Of a stretch of 64,000 nt of DNA, positions 46,301-56,647 are shown in pieces. The position numbers and the translations under genes were made by a program. This stretch comes from Peptococcaceae bacterium (GTDB taxonomy: Bacteria > Bacillota > Peptococcia > DRI-13 > PHAD01), in NCBI GenBank assembly GCA_024655825.1, contig JANLFJ010000016.1, positions 1,086-65,085 of the forward strand, given 5' to 3'. The notes beneath the pieces are model-generated. The model saw only the letters and a program-made list of their open reading frames with translations, had not been told where the DNA came from and did no database searches. Position 1 is the first letter of the stretch. Every line of letters begins with the position of its first letter.

Positions 46301-47011
46301 CAGGGGAACAATATCGGCAATCGTGCCCAAGGCCACCAGGTCCAGGTACTCTTCACACATTTTTTCATTCCCGAACATACAGGATACAGCCTGTCCAAGT
46401 TTAAACGCGACCCCCACGCCGGCCAGGTTAAACCAGGGATATTCTTCCCCGGCCAGTTTTGGATTGACCAGTGCCTGAGCCTTGGGCAAAATCGGCGGGG
46501 GCTGGTGATGGTCTGTAATAACCACATCCAATCCCAGCTGCGCAGCGTATTCCGTTTCTTCGACCGCAGAGATGCCGCAGTCGACGGTTAGGACCATCCC
46601 CGCTCCCCTGTCCCTTATTTCCTCTAAGGCCTGTTTGTTTAACCCGTACCCCTCGTCCAGGCGGGCAGGGATATAATAATCGACTTTACCCCCCAGCCTT
46701 CGCAAAAGCTGTACAAGAAGCGCAGTAGAAGTAATGCCGTCTACGTCATAGTCCCCGTAAATGCTTATGTGTTCGCTCTTCCTTACAGCTTCAAAAACCC
46801 TTTCCGCGGCTTGCTTCATACCCGGTATCTCCAGCGGGTCCCTCAAATCGTTAAAAGAGGCGTATAGATAAGCCCTCGCTTTCGCTGGAGAGTCAAAGCC
46901 CCTGTTAATTAGGATCCCGGCCGCAGTCGGGGAAATGCCCAGTTGGCTGGCCAAGTGCGCTGCTTTCTCGTTTTCGGTTTTGCCTACGCGCCAGATGCAT
47001 TTTTCTTGCAT
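43391..47011 (-). CDS. recJ: RecJ single-stranded-DNA exonuclease fused to a HIRAN-like domain and a RecQ-like DEAH helicase
   Basis: Single uninterrupted ORF. RecJ motifs: GDYDVDG, ITDHHQP, GGHEMAAG. HIRAN-like block (about nt 45196-44930): KLAGVTFENRQ...REAGNACDRHAVAVF..GVRIGYLN. Helicase motifs (about nt 44812-43835): ATGRGKS, VVDEAHH, VTATA, QLAGRAGRDG. The ATG at 47011 has AGGAGA 5 nt upstream. The track uses the TTG at 47029. Confidence 0.9.
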   Translation of the reverse strand: MQEKCIWRVGKTENEKAAHLASQLGISPTAAGILINRGFDSPAKARAYLYASFNDLRDPLEIPGMKQAAERVFEAVRKSEHISIYGDYDVDGITSTALLVQLLRRLGGKVDYYIPARLDEGYGLNKQALEEIRDRGAGMVLTVDCGISAVEETEYAAQLGLDVVITDHHQPPPILPKAQALVNPKLAGEEYPWFNLAGVGVAFKLGQAVSCMFGNEKMCEEYLDLVALGTIADIVPLCGENRILVKEGLPLLRQGKRPGLAALMEVCGTAGRDITAEQAGFILAPRLNACGRLGRADLGVELLLAEDEERCREAAAFLDKENRARQNLEMRILKQAEAMVQNQVDLSEEKVIVLASEGWHPGVIGIVASRLAEKYYRPVIMISLEKGLGKGSGRSIPGFNLYEALEYGKEMLLTFGGHEMAAGLSVRQEQVPSLKETLERFAGEVLQEKDMVPVINADCEVSCQDLTPGLVEEIAMMAPFGYHNASPLLVLRARQLVNCRKVGAGGAHLKLRLLGENGWLDGIAFQKGSLKELVDSWDRCDVAFYPDINTYNGRTELQLVIKHLKSSRDRDDPFQPASFLDRLYQEGQVWLEDDFYRDVVNREEFFTKLAGVTFENRQDVIKDIQDGDSVEIRREAGNACDRHAVAVFWQGVRIGYLNSRLARNLAPALDRGVLYEAFVVRVTGCERKSLGVNICIKKTGLETDPASLEEKRRQIARLQPGEIEERIRQAVLGKNGYREKQREAIEALKAGHNSLVVFATGRGKSAVFQSVSAYFALVRRQVTVIVYPLRSLLNDQLQHLWPKMAGLGVMVEAISGAASIEEKRQFFHRMIQGNIDIVLTTPEFLAYHREKFKSVSGILGLLVVDEAHHLACGKRRGYRLLPGTWRELGSPQALAVTATAGDETGQAIVDALSCERVIVEEHTRVNLRLVDRREEKDKLAYLINLVSGGERIVIYVNSRKQAYQLAGDLRLFYPPAREEIAFYHGGLNREYRKTLEDMFRQGALRVMVTTSAFGEGIDIPDIKHVVLYHLCFSRAEFNQLAGRAGRDGAEAYIHILFGEKDKALNELILENAAPSREVLRKVYLYLREMAQKANPLQVTNAEIKEAMQAAGLKNFREQTASACLAILEELGLVLREMEGNRRQIHFAPPPPGKLDLSDSVRYLEGLGEWEEFQEFSAFALQENSEEILAAVNKPIIPGKGLRLHSR

Positions 47012-47041
47012 GCTTATCTCCTGTTCCAAATATGTCGCTAT

Positions 47042-47066
47042 GAAAAAAGAGACGGGCGTCTCTTTA
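47042..47066 (-). terminator. Rho-independent terminator after the LapA-like gene
   Basis: Minus strand reads AAAGAGAC-gccc-GTCTCTTT followed by TTTCAT. Confidence 0.7.
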
Positions 47067-47100
47067 TTTATTCATTCGTCATTATTTATTCGCCGCTTGA

Positions 47101-47472
47101 TTATCCTTCGTTCTCTGATTTCGCCTCAACAGCGGCTCCGGTTGTTGATTCCACCGCCGCCTCCTTTTTCTCTTCTTTTCCTTTAAGTCTCTCCAGTTCT
47201 TCTTCAAGCTTTTTGGCTTTCTTCTCAAACTCCGCCTTGTCATGGCTCAACTGCCGTATTTTCATCCAGGCGTCCACACGTTTAAACAACCCCAGAAAAT
47301 AAAGGACCAGGGCGCCTGCCGCCGCCGCGCCCAGCAATACCAGGACCAGGGAAACAGAAAACGACCAGGTTATGAATTTTATAACTACCACTTCCGTATT
47401 CTGAACGGCAAAAATAGCCACCAGCAACGAAAACACCAGCGCGCTGATCAAATAAAACTGCATTCTCACCAT
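47101..47472 (-). CDS. LapA-domain (DUF1049) membrane protein with charged coiled-coil tail
   Basis: 123 aa. Two TM helices (FAVQNTEVVVIKF... pattern), then a K/E-rich C-terminus. Confidence 0.75.
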   Translation of the reverse strand: MVRMQFYLISALVFSLLVAIFAVQNTEVVVIKFITWSFSVSLVLVLLGAAAAGALVLYFLGLFKRVDAWMKIRQLSHDKAEFEKKAKKLEEELERLKGKEEKKEAAVESTTGAAVEAKSENEG

Positions 47473-47563
47473 CTCTCCCTTCTTCGTTCAATTATTTACC
47501 ACTTAATTATTTGTTTAATTCGCTTTCGCTCTATCATAATCCTGCATTTCCCTGCAAACCCAT

Positions 47564-47591
47564 AAAAAAGCCGCCGGCCAACACCGGCAGC
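47564..47591 (-). terminator. Rho-independent terminator after secF
   Basis: Minus strand reads GCTGCCGG-tgttgg-CCGGCGGC followed by TTTTTTAT. Confidence 0.75.
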
Positions 47592-47605
47592 CAGCAGTTT
47601 ATAAC

Positions 47606-48502
47606 TCAGGCGGTTTTTGCCTTCCCGTGTTCCTCCGGTTTGAACTGGTACCAGAGCGGGCTGGCCACGCAAATGGATGAATAGGCTCCACTTACCACCC
47701 CCACCAGCAAGGCCAGCGAAAAATTCTTGGTTGTCTCGCCGCCCAGGACCAATAGCGCTACCAGGACGAAAACAACGGCCAGCACAGTATTGATGGAACG
47801 GGCCAGGGTCTGGTTAATGCTGTTGTTGATCACTGCCTGGAGGCTTTCTTTACGCCTGTTTTTCAGATTCTCGCGGATCCGGTCAAAAATAACGATGGTA
47901 TCGTTAATCGAATATCCGATGATGGTAAGAACAGCAGCAATAAACGAGCTGTCCACCTCAAACTGGAACAGGGAGAAAAACCCGATGGCCATAAAGGCGT
48001 CATGAAGCAGGGCCAAAATCGCGGCCACGGCAAACTTGAACTCAAAGCGGATGGTGATATAGATTATCTGCAAAATGGAGGCTATCACCAGGGCCAGAAT
48101 ACCGGCCCGTCTCAACTCGGCGCCGATAACGGGCCCAACCTTTTCGCTCCGGAGAAGGTCATATTTACCCAGTTTTTCTTCAAAAGCCTTGAGCACCTGC
48201 CCCAGCTTGTCCTGCTCAATTTCGACCGTCTTGATCACGATGCTGCCGTCCGAGGCCTCCTGTATACTGCTGTTTTCCAGGCCGAACTCGCCGAGGACCT
48301 GGCGAACTTCGCCCGTTTTGATACCGGCCTCGTTGAATTTCACCTGAATGAGCGAACCGCCCTTAAAATCGATTCCAAAGTTGAGCCCCTGTGTAAAAAG
48401 CGAAATCAACCCAATGACGATCAGCGCTGCGGAAATTATATACCATATTCTCCTTCTGCCAATGAAATCTATGCCGCTTCCTTTTATTCCGATAAAATCC
48501 AT
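47606..48502 (-). CDS. secF: Protein translocase subunit SecF
   Basis: 298 aa. Typical SecF sequence (NFGIDFKGG..., six TM helices). Confidence 0.95.
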   Translation of the reverse strand: MDFIGIKGSGIDFIGRRRIWYIISAALIVIGLISLFTQGLNFGIDFKGGSLIQVKFNEAGIKTGEVRQVLGEFGLENSSIQEASDGSIVIKTVEIEQDKLGQVLKAFEEKLGKYDLLRSEKVGPVIGAELRRAGILALVIASILQIIYITIRFEFKFAVAAILALLHDAFMAIGFFSLFQFEVDSSFIAAVLTIIGYSINDTIVIFDRIRENLKNRRKESLQAVINNSINQTLARSINTVLAVVFVLVALLVLGGETTKNFSLALLVGVVSGAYSSICVASPLWYQFKPEEHGKAKTA

Positions 48503-48517
48503 GCCAGTTTTCCTCCC

Positions 48518-49759
48518 CTAAGCCCCGTATAGTTTGGGGTTAGTAGCCACCCTCGAATCAGCCAGGGTTTTCAGCATATACCTGGTAAAGGTTATGGCGG
48601 TGAACATGCTGCTCAGGATACCGATGCTTAGTGTTACGGCGAAGCCTTTAATGGTTCCCGTTCCCAGGTAAAAAAGCACAGCGGCAGCAATCAAGGTCGT
48701 CACGTTGGCATCAAAAATCGTCCAGAAAGCCCTGGAAAACCCGGCATCAATAGCTGCCCGCAGGCTTTTGCCGTTTCGCAGTTCTTCTTTCAAACGCTCA
48801 TAGATTATGATATTGGCATCAACGCACATCCCTACCGAAAGGAGGAAGCCGGCAATACCGGGCAAGGTAAGGGTGGCGTTGATCCCCGCCAGGATTCCAA
48901 GGACGATCAAGGCATAAAGCACCAGGGAGATGTTGGCTATAATGCCGGGAACCCGGTAGTAGAGCAGCATAAAAACCATGATGGCGACAAGTCCCCAGAT
49001 ACCAGCCGTCTTGCTTTTGACGATGGAGTCGGCTCCCAGGGTGGGCCCAACAGTTCTCTTCTCGATGATTTCCACCGGAACGGGTAGGGCGCCAGAACGT
49101 AAAAGGACCGCAATATTATGCGCCTCCTGCAGGTCCTTGTAACCTGTGATCCGCGCTCCTTCACCCTTGGTGATGGGTTCAATCACATAGGGAGCCTGCA
49201 GGATATCTTCATCAAGTAAAATGGCTATGATCCGCCTTTCATCACGCTTTCCGTTGACTTCGGGGTACTGGTTGACGAGCTGGGTGGTCACCTCGGCAAA
49301 TTTCTGCGTTCCCTCCGGATTGAACTTGAGCCCCACGTAGAATTCACCGGTTTGCGGGTCTTTGCCTTCCTGGGCGTCCGCCAAATCCTTGCCGGTCAGC
49401 ACTGTCGTCCCGTCAACTGTTTTAAACTCAAGCTGGGCTGTCTTACCAATTAGATTTATTGCTGTCTCAGGGTCTTTTACACCTGGAAGTTCAATCAGAA
49501 TACGGTTTTCGCCTTCCTTTTGAATTACGGGCTCAGTCACACCCAATTTGTCAACCCTGTTGCGCATAATTGCAATAATCTGGCTAATCTCTTTATCGGT
49601 GACGGTCCCTTTGGCCTGCAGCCTGACCTGGACGCCGCCTTTAAGATCCAGTCCCAGTTTTAGGCTCTTTTTGAGAGGATTAACTGCCAGAATCGCCGCG
49701 CCGACTATTATTGCGGTAATCAGCAGCAACGCCACGACCTTACCCCACTTCATCTTCAT
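48518..49759 (-). CDS. secD: Protein translocase subunit SecD
   Basis: 413 aa. LGLDLKGG motif, periplasmic-type domain, and a C-terminal six-TM bundle. Confidence 0.95.
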   Translation of the reverse strand: MKMKWGKVVALLLITAIIVGAAILAVNPLKKSLKLGLDLKGGVQVRLQAKGTVTDKEISQIIAIMRNRVDKLGVTEPVIQKEGENRILIELPGVKDPETAINLIGKTAQLEFKTVDGTTVLTGKDLADAQEGKDPQTGEFYVGLKFNPEGTQKFAEVTTQLVNQYPEVNGKRDERRIIAILLDEDILQAPYVIEPITKGEGARITGYKDLQEAHNIAVLLRSGALPVPVEIIEKRTVGPTLGADSIVKSKTAGIWGLVAIMVFMLLYYRVPGIIANISLVLYALIVLGILAGINATLTLPGIAGFLLSVGMCVDANIIIYERLKEELRNGKSLRAAIDAGFSRAFWTIFDANVTTLIAAAVLFYLGTGTIKGFAVTLSIGILSSMFTAITFTRYMLKTLADSRVATNPKLYGA

Positions 49760-49810
49760 GTCACCCCTTAAATATTGATGCTTTTAAGAAAATTCCACAA
49801 TACCTGATTT

Positions 49811-49839
49811 ATTATATTATCACCGGCAGTGCTTGTCAA
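49811..49839 (-). promoter_or_regulatory. Perfect-consensus sigma-A promoter upstream of secDF
   Basis: Minus strand reads TTGACA-17 nt-TATAAT, read directly from the sequence. Confidence 0.6.
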
Positions 49840-49875
49840 ATCTATTAAATGCCAGGATAGAAAGAACGAAATGCC

Positions 49876-50535
49876 TTACAACAGCCTGGCGTTATTTATG
49901 ATAATGGAAAAGCGGGCGCTGAGAAAGGAAGCCGCACGGCGGCACATGAGCATCCTCTGCAAAAAAATTTCAAAGTATTCAATAACGGGCACAATGGCTG
50001 TTTCTATAACGAGGTACAGGGTAATCAACCGCTCGCTGCCGTTGATCACCAGGTCGGAATTTACTACCGCGTAATTTACCCTGTCATGTATATCAAACCG
50101 GGCGAAATCCGTATTGCGAACGCGGGAACGGTGTACATCCGTCTTGTCGGCCAGGACCAGGGCAGCAGTGATCAAATTAACTATTTGCCCTTCCTCTTCA
50201 TCATGGTTTCCGATGGCCCCCATTACCAGGGCAATATCCTCGCAGGGCATTCCCAGCCTTTTAAGGATGGAAAATGCGATCAGCGCACCGCTCTGGCTGT
50301 GATTGGAACGGCTGATCACGTTGCCTATGTCATGAAGATACCCGGCTATCGCCGCGAGTTCAGCCAGGGAAGGAGGATATTCCAACTTTTTCAGAATCTC
50401 CCTGGCGTTTTGTGAAACAATTTCCAGGTGCCGGAAACTGTGGTCAGTATACCCCATAGCTCCAAGGTGGCAGTTGGCCATTTCCACATAACAGTTTACT
50501 TCCGGATCGTTTTTAACCTCTTCAAGAGTAATCAA
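49876..50535 (-). CDS. HD-domain phosphohydrolase
   Basis: 219 aa. H...HD motif (GYLHDIGN) and further His residues. TTG start after GGTGA. Confidence 0.75.
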   Translation of the reverse strand: MITLEEVKNDPEVNCYVEMANCHLGAMGYTDHSFRHLEIVSQNAREILKKLEYPPSLAELAAIAGYLHDIGNVISRSNHSQSGALIAFSILKRLGMPCEDIALVMGAIGNHDEEEGQIVNLITAALVLADKTDVHRSRVRNTDFARFDIHDRVNYAVVNSDLVINGSERLITLYLVIETAIVPVIEYFEIFLQRMLMCRRAASFLSARFSIIINNARLL

Positions 50536-50613
50536 GCAACATCACCTGCAGCGCACCCAACTTAGCGTGTTATTACGATGATATGTTGTTCTTAAACCGC
50601 TTTTTTTATCCCT

Positions 50614-50642
50614 AATAAAAAAACGCAGCGAGCTGCGTTTTT
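50614..50642 (-). terminator. Rho-independent terminator after yajC
   Basis: Minus strand reads AAAAACGCAG-ctcg-CTGCGTTTTTTT followed by ATTAGG. Confidence 0.8.
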
Positions 50643-50654
50643 GCACTATTTACT

Positions 50655-51014
50655 TTATTCGTTTTTCTCTGCCTGTTCGCCGGTTTTCTCCTCAATCTCT
50701 TTAGCTTTCTTGTTTTCTTTGCCTTTCTTCGACTTTTTGTCGTCGTCGTCATCGACCTTGACAAAACCGACAGCCGAACGCTGCATGGTAATTCTCAAAT
50801 TAGGGGCTATTTCCAATACCATGGTCTCGTCAGTAAGGGATGTTATGGTCCCGTGTATCCCGCCGATGGTAACAATCTTATCCCCTTTTTCCAGGTTGTT
50901 AAGCAGCTCCTGGCGTTGCTTTTTCTGTTTTTGCTGCGGCCTGATCATCAAAAAGTACATCAGAGCAAAGAAGAGTAGTAACCAGATAAAACTACTGCTC
51001 GCTCCCTGCGGCAT
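50655..51014 (-). CDS. yajC: Preprotein translocase subunit YajC with extended acidic/basic tail
   Basis: 119 aa. TM helix plus MIRPQQKQKKQRQELLNNLEKGDKIVTIGGIHG core. The last 40 aa are D/K/E-rich. Confidence 0.9.
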   Translation of the reverse strand: MPQGASSSFIWLLLFFALMYFLMIRPQQKQKKQRQELLNNLEKGDKIVTIGGIHGTITSLTDETMVLEIAPNLRITMQRSAVGFVKVDDDDDKKSKKGKENKKAKEIEEKTGEQAEKNE

Positions 51015-51054
51015 TTAACTTCCCTCCTTATTTTTTAGACAAGCTCAGTTGATA

Positions 51055-52200
<1,146 letters not shown>

Positions 52201-53223
52201 TTAGATTATTAACATGGCATCGCCAAAACTAAAAAAGCGGTACTGTTCTCTCACCGCCTGGTCGTATGCCCTGAAGATATTCTCTCTCCCGGCCAGGGCG
52301 CAAACCAGCATCAGCAGAGTTGACCTGGGCAGGTGAAAATTGGTGATCAGCCCGCTTATCACCTTGAATTCATAGCCGGGATAAATAAAAATATCCGTGG
52401 AATTGAAGCCAGGCCTTATCTCTCCATGCGAAAACGCGCTTTCCAGGGCCCTGGTCGAGGTGGTCCCCACTGCAATAACTCGCCTTCCTTCGCGCAGAGC
52501 CCTGTTCACCGAACCGGCAGCTTCCCGGCTTATCTCGTAATCCTCCCGGTGCATCCTGTGCCGGGTTATATCCTCCGCTTTAACCGGCCTGAAAGTCCCT
52601 GTTCCCACGTGAAGAAGTATTTCCACCCACTCCGCGCCTTTTTCTTTCAGCTTCTCGATTAAACCCGGCGTAAAATGAAGACCTGCCGTGGGAGCAGCGG
52701 CGGAACCGGGATGCCTGGCATAAACCGTTTGGTACCGTTCGGGGTTGGCCAGCTTTTCATGAATATACGGGGGGAGCGGCACTTGTCCCAGGCGGTCCAG
52801 CCATTCTTCAAACACACCTTCAAACGAAAAATCAAGCACCCGCTCTCCCGGGCCTTTCATTTCCACTACCCTGGCGCTGACTTCCCCCGCGCCAAAGTAT
52901 ATGACAGCGCCCAATTTAACTCGCTTCCCGGGACGCACCAGGGCTTCCCATCGCTTTTGATCCAAACGTTTCAACAGGAGGACCTCGACCCGCGCTCCTG
53001 TCTCCTCCTTCACGCCAAAGAGTCGGGCGGGAATAACCCGTGTGTTGTTGGCAGCCAGCACATCGCCTTCTTTAATGTATTCCAGGATGTCCGTGAACCT
53101 GCGGTGTTCGATTTCCCCGGACGCGCGTTTCAGCACGAGCAGCCTTGACTGTTCGCGGTGAGGCAGCGGCTCCTGCGCGATCAGGCACGCTGGCAAATAG
53201 TAATCAAAATCAGCCAGTTTCAT
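52201..53223 (-). CDS. queA: S-adenosylmethionine:tRNA ribosyltransferase-isomerase
   Basis: 340 aa from [11 protein letters not shown] with a GGGGAAG SD. The 25-codon extension in the ORF track is unsupported. Confidence 0.95.
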   Translation of the reverse strand: MKLADFDYYLPACLIAQEPLPHREQSRLLVLKRASGEIEHRRFTDILEYIKEGDVLAANNTRVIPARLFGVKEETGARVEVLLLKRLDQKRWEALVRPGKRVKLGAVIYFGAGEVSARVVEMKGPGERVLDFSFEGVFEEWLDRLGQVPLPPYIHEKLANPERYQTVYARHPGSAAAPTAGLHFTPGLIEKLKEKGAEWVEILLHVGTGTFRPVKAEDITRHRMHREDYEISREAAGSVNRALREGRRVIAVGTTSTRALESAFSHGEIRPGFNSTDIFIYPGYEFKVISGLITNFHLPRSTLLMLVCALAGRENIFRAYDQAVREQYRFFSFGDAMLII

Positions 53224-53254
53224 AACCGTTCTTCCCCAACTAGGCCCTCTGCTC

Positions 53255-54736
53255 TTACCGGGCCTGGTTATATGGTTTGACCTCCAGCCGCCCGTCATTC
53301 AGCCCCTGGTTGTAAAAATGCTCGATGATCCTCCGGTAGCCCACTCCCCGCGCGGCCATTCCCCACGCCCCCCACTGGCTCATGCCCAGGCCGTGCCCGT
53401 AGCCCCTGCCGGTGATGGTCACGGTGTTAAACACCTTGGGAATGGTTTTCATCCCTTCTGCTGAAACTACATAGTAATTATCATTGTTCCCATTGAGTTT
53501 CCCGGTAAAACCGTCGGCGTTGATCGATACCAGGTCGCTGGCCCGGTTAAAGACGTCCAGGGTGGCAAAAGCGTTCCAAACCTGGATGGTAGAATCAAAG
53601 GTGATGTTGAAAAGCGTGCTTCTTAAACCTAGAACAGAGCGGATGTTATCCTTAAAAAAGCTCTTTATCCCATTTGTTCCTATAATATCAAGCCGGGTAA
53701 CCCGGCCCGACTGGGTTTGAACGGGAAGGTATTCCCGCGTGACGGGATCGACAGCCTGCCGGCTCACAGCCAGCTCAACGACCTGGCCCACGCTGACCTT
53801 TTCGCCGGGATTCTCCGCATTCCATTTCTTTAACACATCCAGCAGTTCCTGTCTCGAAAAAGTCTTTTCCCACTGGTAGCTAACCCCCGGCCAATCCCCG
53901 TACTGCGTGACCTGGGTGGCATAAGAATCTTCGGGTGTTGGAACTGGACGAATATAGGGAAGGTTATAAGACCAGACATTGACGGCGCTTTCCGTATAAC
54001 CGCCGGCGTTGGCATGAAAAAAAGCCTGGATGAGCTTGCCGTCATAATAAATGACAAGCCCCCGGGTAGCGTCAACCGCCCTTTTTACCGGTTCGCCGCC
54101 CTGCAGCTCCGAGTCATAGCCGCCGTACACCTGCGACATCTGGGTTGTCTCGACATCGTAATTGAGATAAGGGTTCTCCTTCTTGTAAAAGGCATAAGTC
54201 CGCGAAGCGACGGCTTGGGCTTTATAAGCCTCTTCCGGGGCCCCTAGGCCCATTTCAGCTCCCACCACGCTGTAAAGGTACTGTTCCATATCGATTACAT
54301 TTATTAAATATATTTTGCCGCCGAGGTTTTCTACTAACAGGTCTCCCCTGTACCGCTTGTTCTTATAGCGAAAAACGTTAAGCTGTCCCGCGTCCTTTTG
54401 CCGTAAGATGACCAGTGAGCTGAGCGCGCCCTGCACTGGGGACCCGTTATGGGAAACCTGAATATTGCCGTTGCCTTTGGGAGCGACAATCCAGGTGCCG
54501 GTATTTGCGTTTGAACTGATCACTCTTTGCGTTACATAATCCACAAGTTCATAACTGCCTTCGCTGACGGAAAAATCCGCAGAAGAAATGCCGGAAGCGA
54601 GGAGAACACGCAGCGAATTCTGAGGACAGGCAAACTGGGCTCCATAAATTGCAGAAGGCAAAGCGCAAAACAGCAAGCAGGCCAGGAGAAAGAGGAAAAA
54701 GGCAGAAACTGCTTTATCTTTTGTTATGATCCGCAT
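53255..54736 (-). CDS. SpoIID/LytB-domain protein
   Basis: 493 aa. Signal sequence. SpoIID-like core ([11 protein letters not shown]..., [19 protein letters not shown]). Confidence 0.85.
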   Translation of the reverse strand: MRIITKDKAVSAFFLFLLACLLFCALPSAIYGAQFACPQNSLRVLLASGISSADFSVSEGSYELVDYVTQRVISSNANTGTWIVAPKGNGNIQVSHNGSPVQGALSSLVILRQKDAGQLNVFRYKNKRYRGDLLVENLGGKIYLINVIDMEQYLYSVVGAEMGLGAPEEAYKAQAVASRTYAFYKKENPYLNYDVETTQMSQVYGGYDSELQGGEPVKRAVDATRGLVIYYDGKLIQAFFHANAGGYTESAVNVWSYNLPYIRPVPTPEDSYATQVTQYGDWPGVSYQWEKTFSRQELLDVLKKWNAENPGEKVSVGQVVELAVSRQAVDPVTREYLPVQTQSGRVTRLDIIGTNGIKSFFKDNIRSVLGLRSTLFNITFDSTIQVWNAFATLDVFNRASDLVSINADGFTGKLNGNNDNYYVVSAEGMKTIPKVFNTVTITGRGYGHGLGMSQWGAWGMAARGVGYRRIIEHFYNQGLNDGRLEVKPYNQAR

Positions 54737-54841
54737 TTCAACCCCCGCTCAATACTGTGATAAATCCCTTTCTTTTTTCGACAGTCTGCAACTTTTTTCC
54801 TTCCCGGCTTGCAATTTTCGCCCTGCCCATTTATTTACAGG

Positions 54842-55867
54842 TTACTTTTTACCCCCGTTACTGCCGCCACCGGAATCGTTTTGTTTACTGCTGTTATTAT
54901 CTTCGCTTTGCTTACCGTTCCCGTTTTCTGCTTTTTTTCCTTCAACTTTCTTTTCTGTTCCCCTGTGCTGTTCTTCCGGCTGTTTTACTGTTTCAGTGCG
55001 CCTTTCTTTCGCCTCTTCCTGCAATTTCTTTTGTTTTTCTTCGAATTTTTCTTGCATTTCCCTCAGCTTATCCCTGTCCTGCCGGACCTTGGAAACCAGC
55101 TGGCCGGGAACACCTCCCGCCTCCCTGACAGCCCTGGCTATGCCGTTCTCCCTTATATCTTCGATCGATATTTCCATCCCTTCCTCCAGGGCTTCCATCA
55201 TTATTACGTACTTGCCGGGGGAGACCCCTTTGGACCTGGCTGCGGCGCGTATTTCGGCAGATATTTCGATAGTTTCGACCTGGGCGGGAATATTTTTTTC
55301 TTCCAGAACTTCGATGACCCTTTGTTCAAGGTTCCCGGCTCCATCCGGCAGCCCTTTCTCGCTGCTGGCAGTGATCAAAACGATGTTCTCTTTGCCTGGA
55401 GCAAGGTATTTCTCTTTCACAGCCTCTCTGGCAACTGTTTCCACGGCCTGCTGTACAGGAACCCCGATTATATTCACTTTCTGCAGCAAACTAGCGCCTT
55501 CTTCATTCAATCCCAGGGCCTCCAGGACCCTCCCTCTGCTGTTCAGACCAAGTTCCAGGCTGGGATTGATGTCAACACCGATATAGGCCACAACCTGCTG
55601 CGGGCCTGTCAGAAGCAAGCCGGGCATGGCAGGTATTAATAAAACGAACAGGACAAAACTGGCCGCAAGTGCTGCGAAGAACTTCCAGGCATAAACACGC
55701 TTCCCGGCTGCAGGCAGGCAGTACTCTACCTCGCTTCCTACCTGGGGAAATGAAGATCTTGACCAGGGGACCCGCTGGAATTCCCCCTGCGGCGTCATAA
55801 CCGTGATATACCCTTGGGGGGACGTTTCCATTACCAGTCCTTTTCTTTTCTCCGTCACTGCCTTCAC
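54842..55867 (-). CDS. rsgI: Anti-sigma-I factor RsgI-like protein
   Basis: 341 aa. RsgI_N-like start (KGLVMETSPQGYITVMTPQGEFQRVPW), one TM helix, an ectodomain of about 160 aa, and a K/E/Q-rich tail of about 70 aa. Overlaps sigI by 4 nt. Confidence 0.8.
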   Translation of the reverse strand: MKAVTEKRKGLVMETSPQGYITVMTPQGEFQRVPWSRSSFPQVGSEVEYCLPAAGKRVYAWKFFAALAASFVLFVLLIPAMPGLLLTGPQQVVAYIGVDINPSLELGLNSRGRVLEALGLNEEGASLLQKVNIIGVPVQQAVETVAREAVKEKYLAPGKENIVLITASSEKGLPDGAGNLEQRVIEVLEEKNIPAQVETIEISAEIRAAARSKGVSPGKYVIMMEALEEGMEISIEDIRENGIARAVREAGGVPGQLVSKVRQDRDKLREMQEKFEEKQKKLQEEAKERRTETVKQPEEQHRGTEKKVEGKKAENGNGKQSEDNNSSKQNDSGGGSNGGKK

Positions 55868-56598
55868 CCCTTTAGTCCCCGCAGGTATTCCTGCAAAAAG
55901 TAATACTCGTCCATCAGGATGACGGTTAACGCGATGATATACTTGCGCTGCCTCTCCATTGTCTTGCGGCTAACCCCGACCGTTGGCTCAAGTTCTTTCA
56001 GCGGCAGCGATTTTGTCCGCTGAAGATGCCGGCGCAGCCCATCATTTTCGTAAATTTTCCGGGCAACCTGAAAAGCAGCTACCCGGGCGTCCTGGTGCTT
56101 TGGCGAAGCCTTTACCAGGTCCTGCAGCGTTATTCCAAAAGACTCAAGCCTTTTTTTATACTCCATAATTTCGCTGCGCCGCAGCTCGCTCATTTCCTGT
56201 TCAAAAATATCGTTTCGGGTCTTTTCCCAGGTAAGCTTATCAAGCTGTTGAATGCACCCCGGCCTATCCCCTTCTTCCTCAAAAAAGGACGACCAGGGTA
56301 TTTCCCTTTGCTCTCTTTGTCTTTTACGAAAATAATCAATCATCCGCCTTTTTATTACAGATTCGGCAAAGGCAAAGAAAGAGCCTCCTTGACTGCGGTC
56401 ATATTTATCAAGCGCTTCGTTGAAAGCCATCAAGGCCACGCTCGCTTCATCATCCACTCCCACGTGCACAAACCGCCTGCATACTTGCGAGGCGACCTTT
56501 AGAACAAAGGGAAGGTACCGCCGGATAAGGTCCTCCCTTTGCTGTGCCTGACCCTGCTGGACCATGTCTATAGCCTGGCGCAACTGATCGTCCAACAT
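55864..56598 (-). CDS. sigI: RNA polymerase sigma factor SigI
   Basis: 244 aa from MLDDQLRQAI. Sigma-70 region 2 (LIRRYLPFVLKVAS...) and a SigI-type C-terminal region. Paired with rsgI. The ATG at 56598 follows GAGAGGTGA. Confidence 0.85.
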   Translation of the reverse strand: MLDDQLRQAIDMVQQGQAQQREDLIRRYLPFVLKVASQVCRRFVHVGVDDEASVALMAFNEALDKYDRSQGGSFFAFAESVIKRRMIDYFRKRQREQREIPWSSFFEEEGDRPGCIQQLDKLTWEKTRNDIFEQEMSELRRSEIMEYKKRLESFGITLQDLVKASPKHQDARVAAFQVARKIYENDGLRRHLQRTKSLPLKELEPTVGVSRKTMERQRKYIIALTVILMDEYYFLQEYLRGLKG

Positions 56599-56647
56599 GA
56601 TCACCTCTCACTTAATAATTTCGCGGCCAGTTACCGTTTTATGCGGG

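Noticed and set aside
54726-55639. Two overlapping plus-strand ORFs (286 and 276 aa) rich in Phe/Ser/Leu/Cys
   Set aside because: They exist because the rsgI coding strand is purine-rich (K/E codons), so the antisense strand has no stop codons. Nothing supports them as coding.
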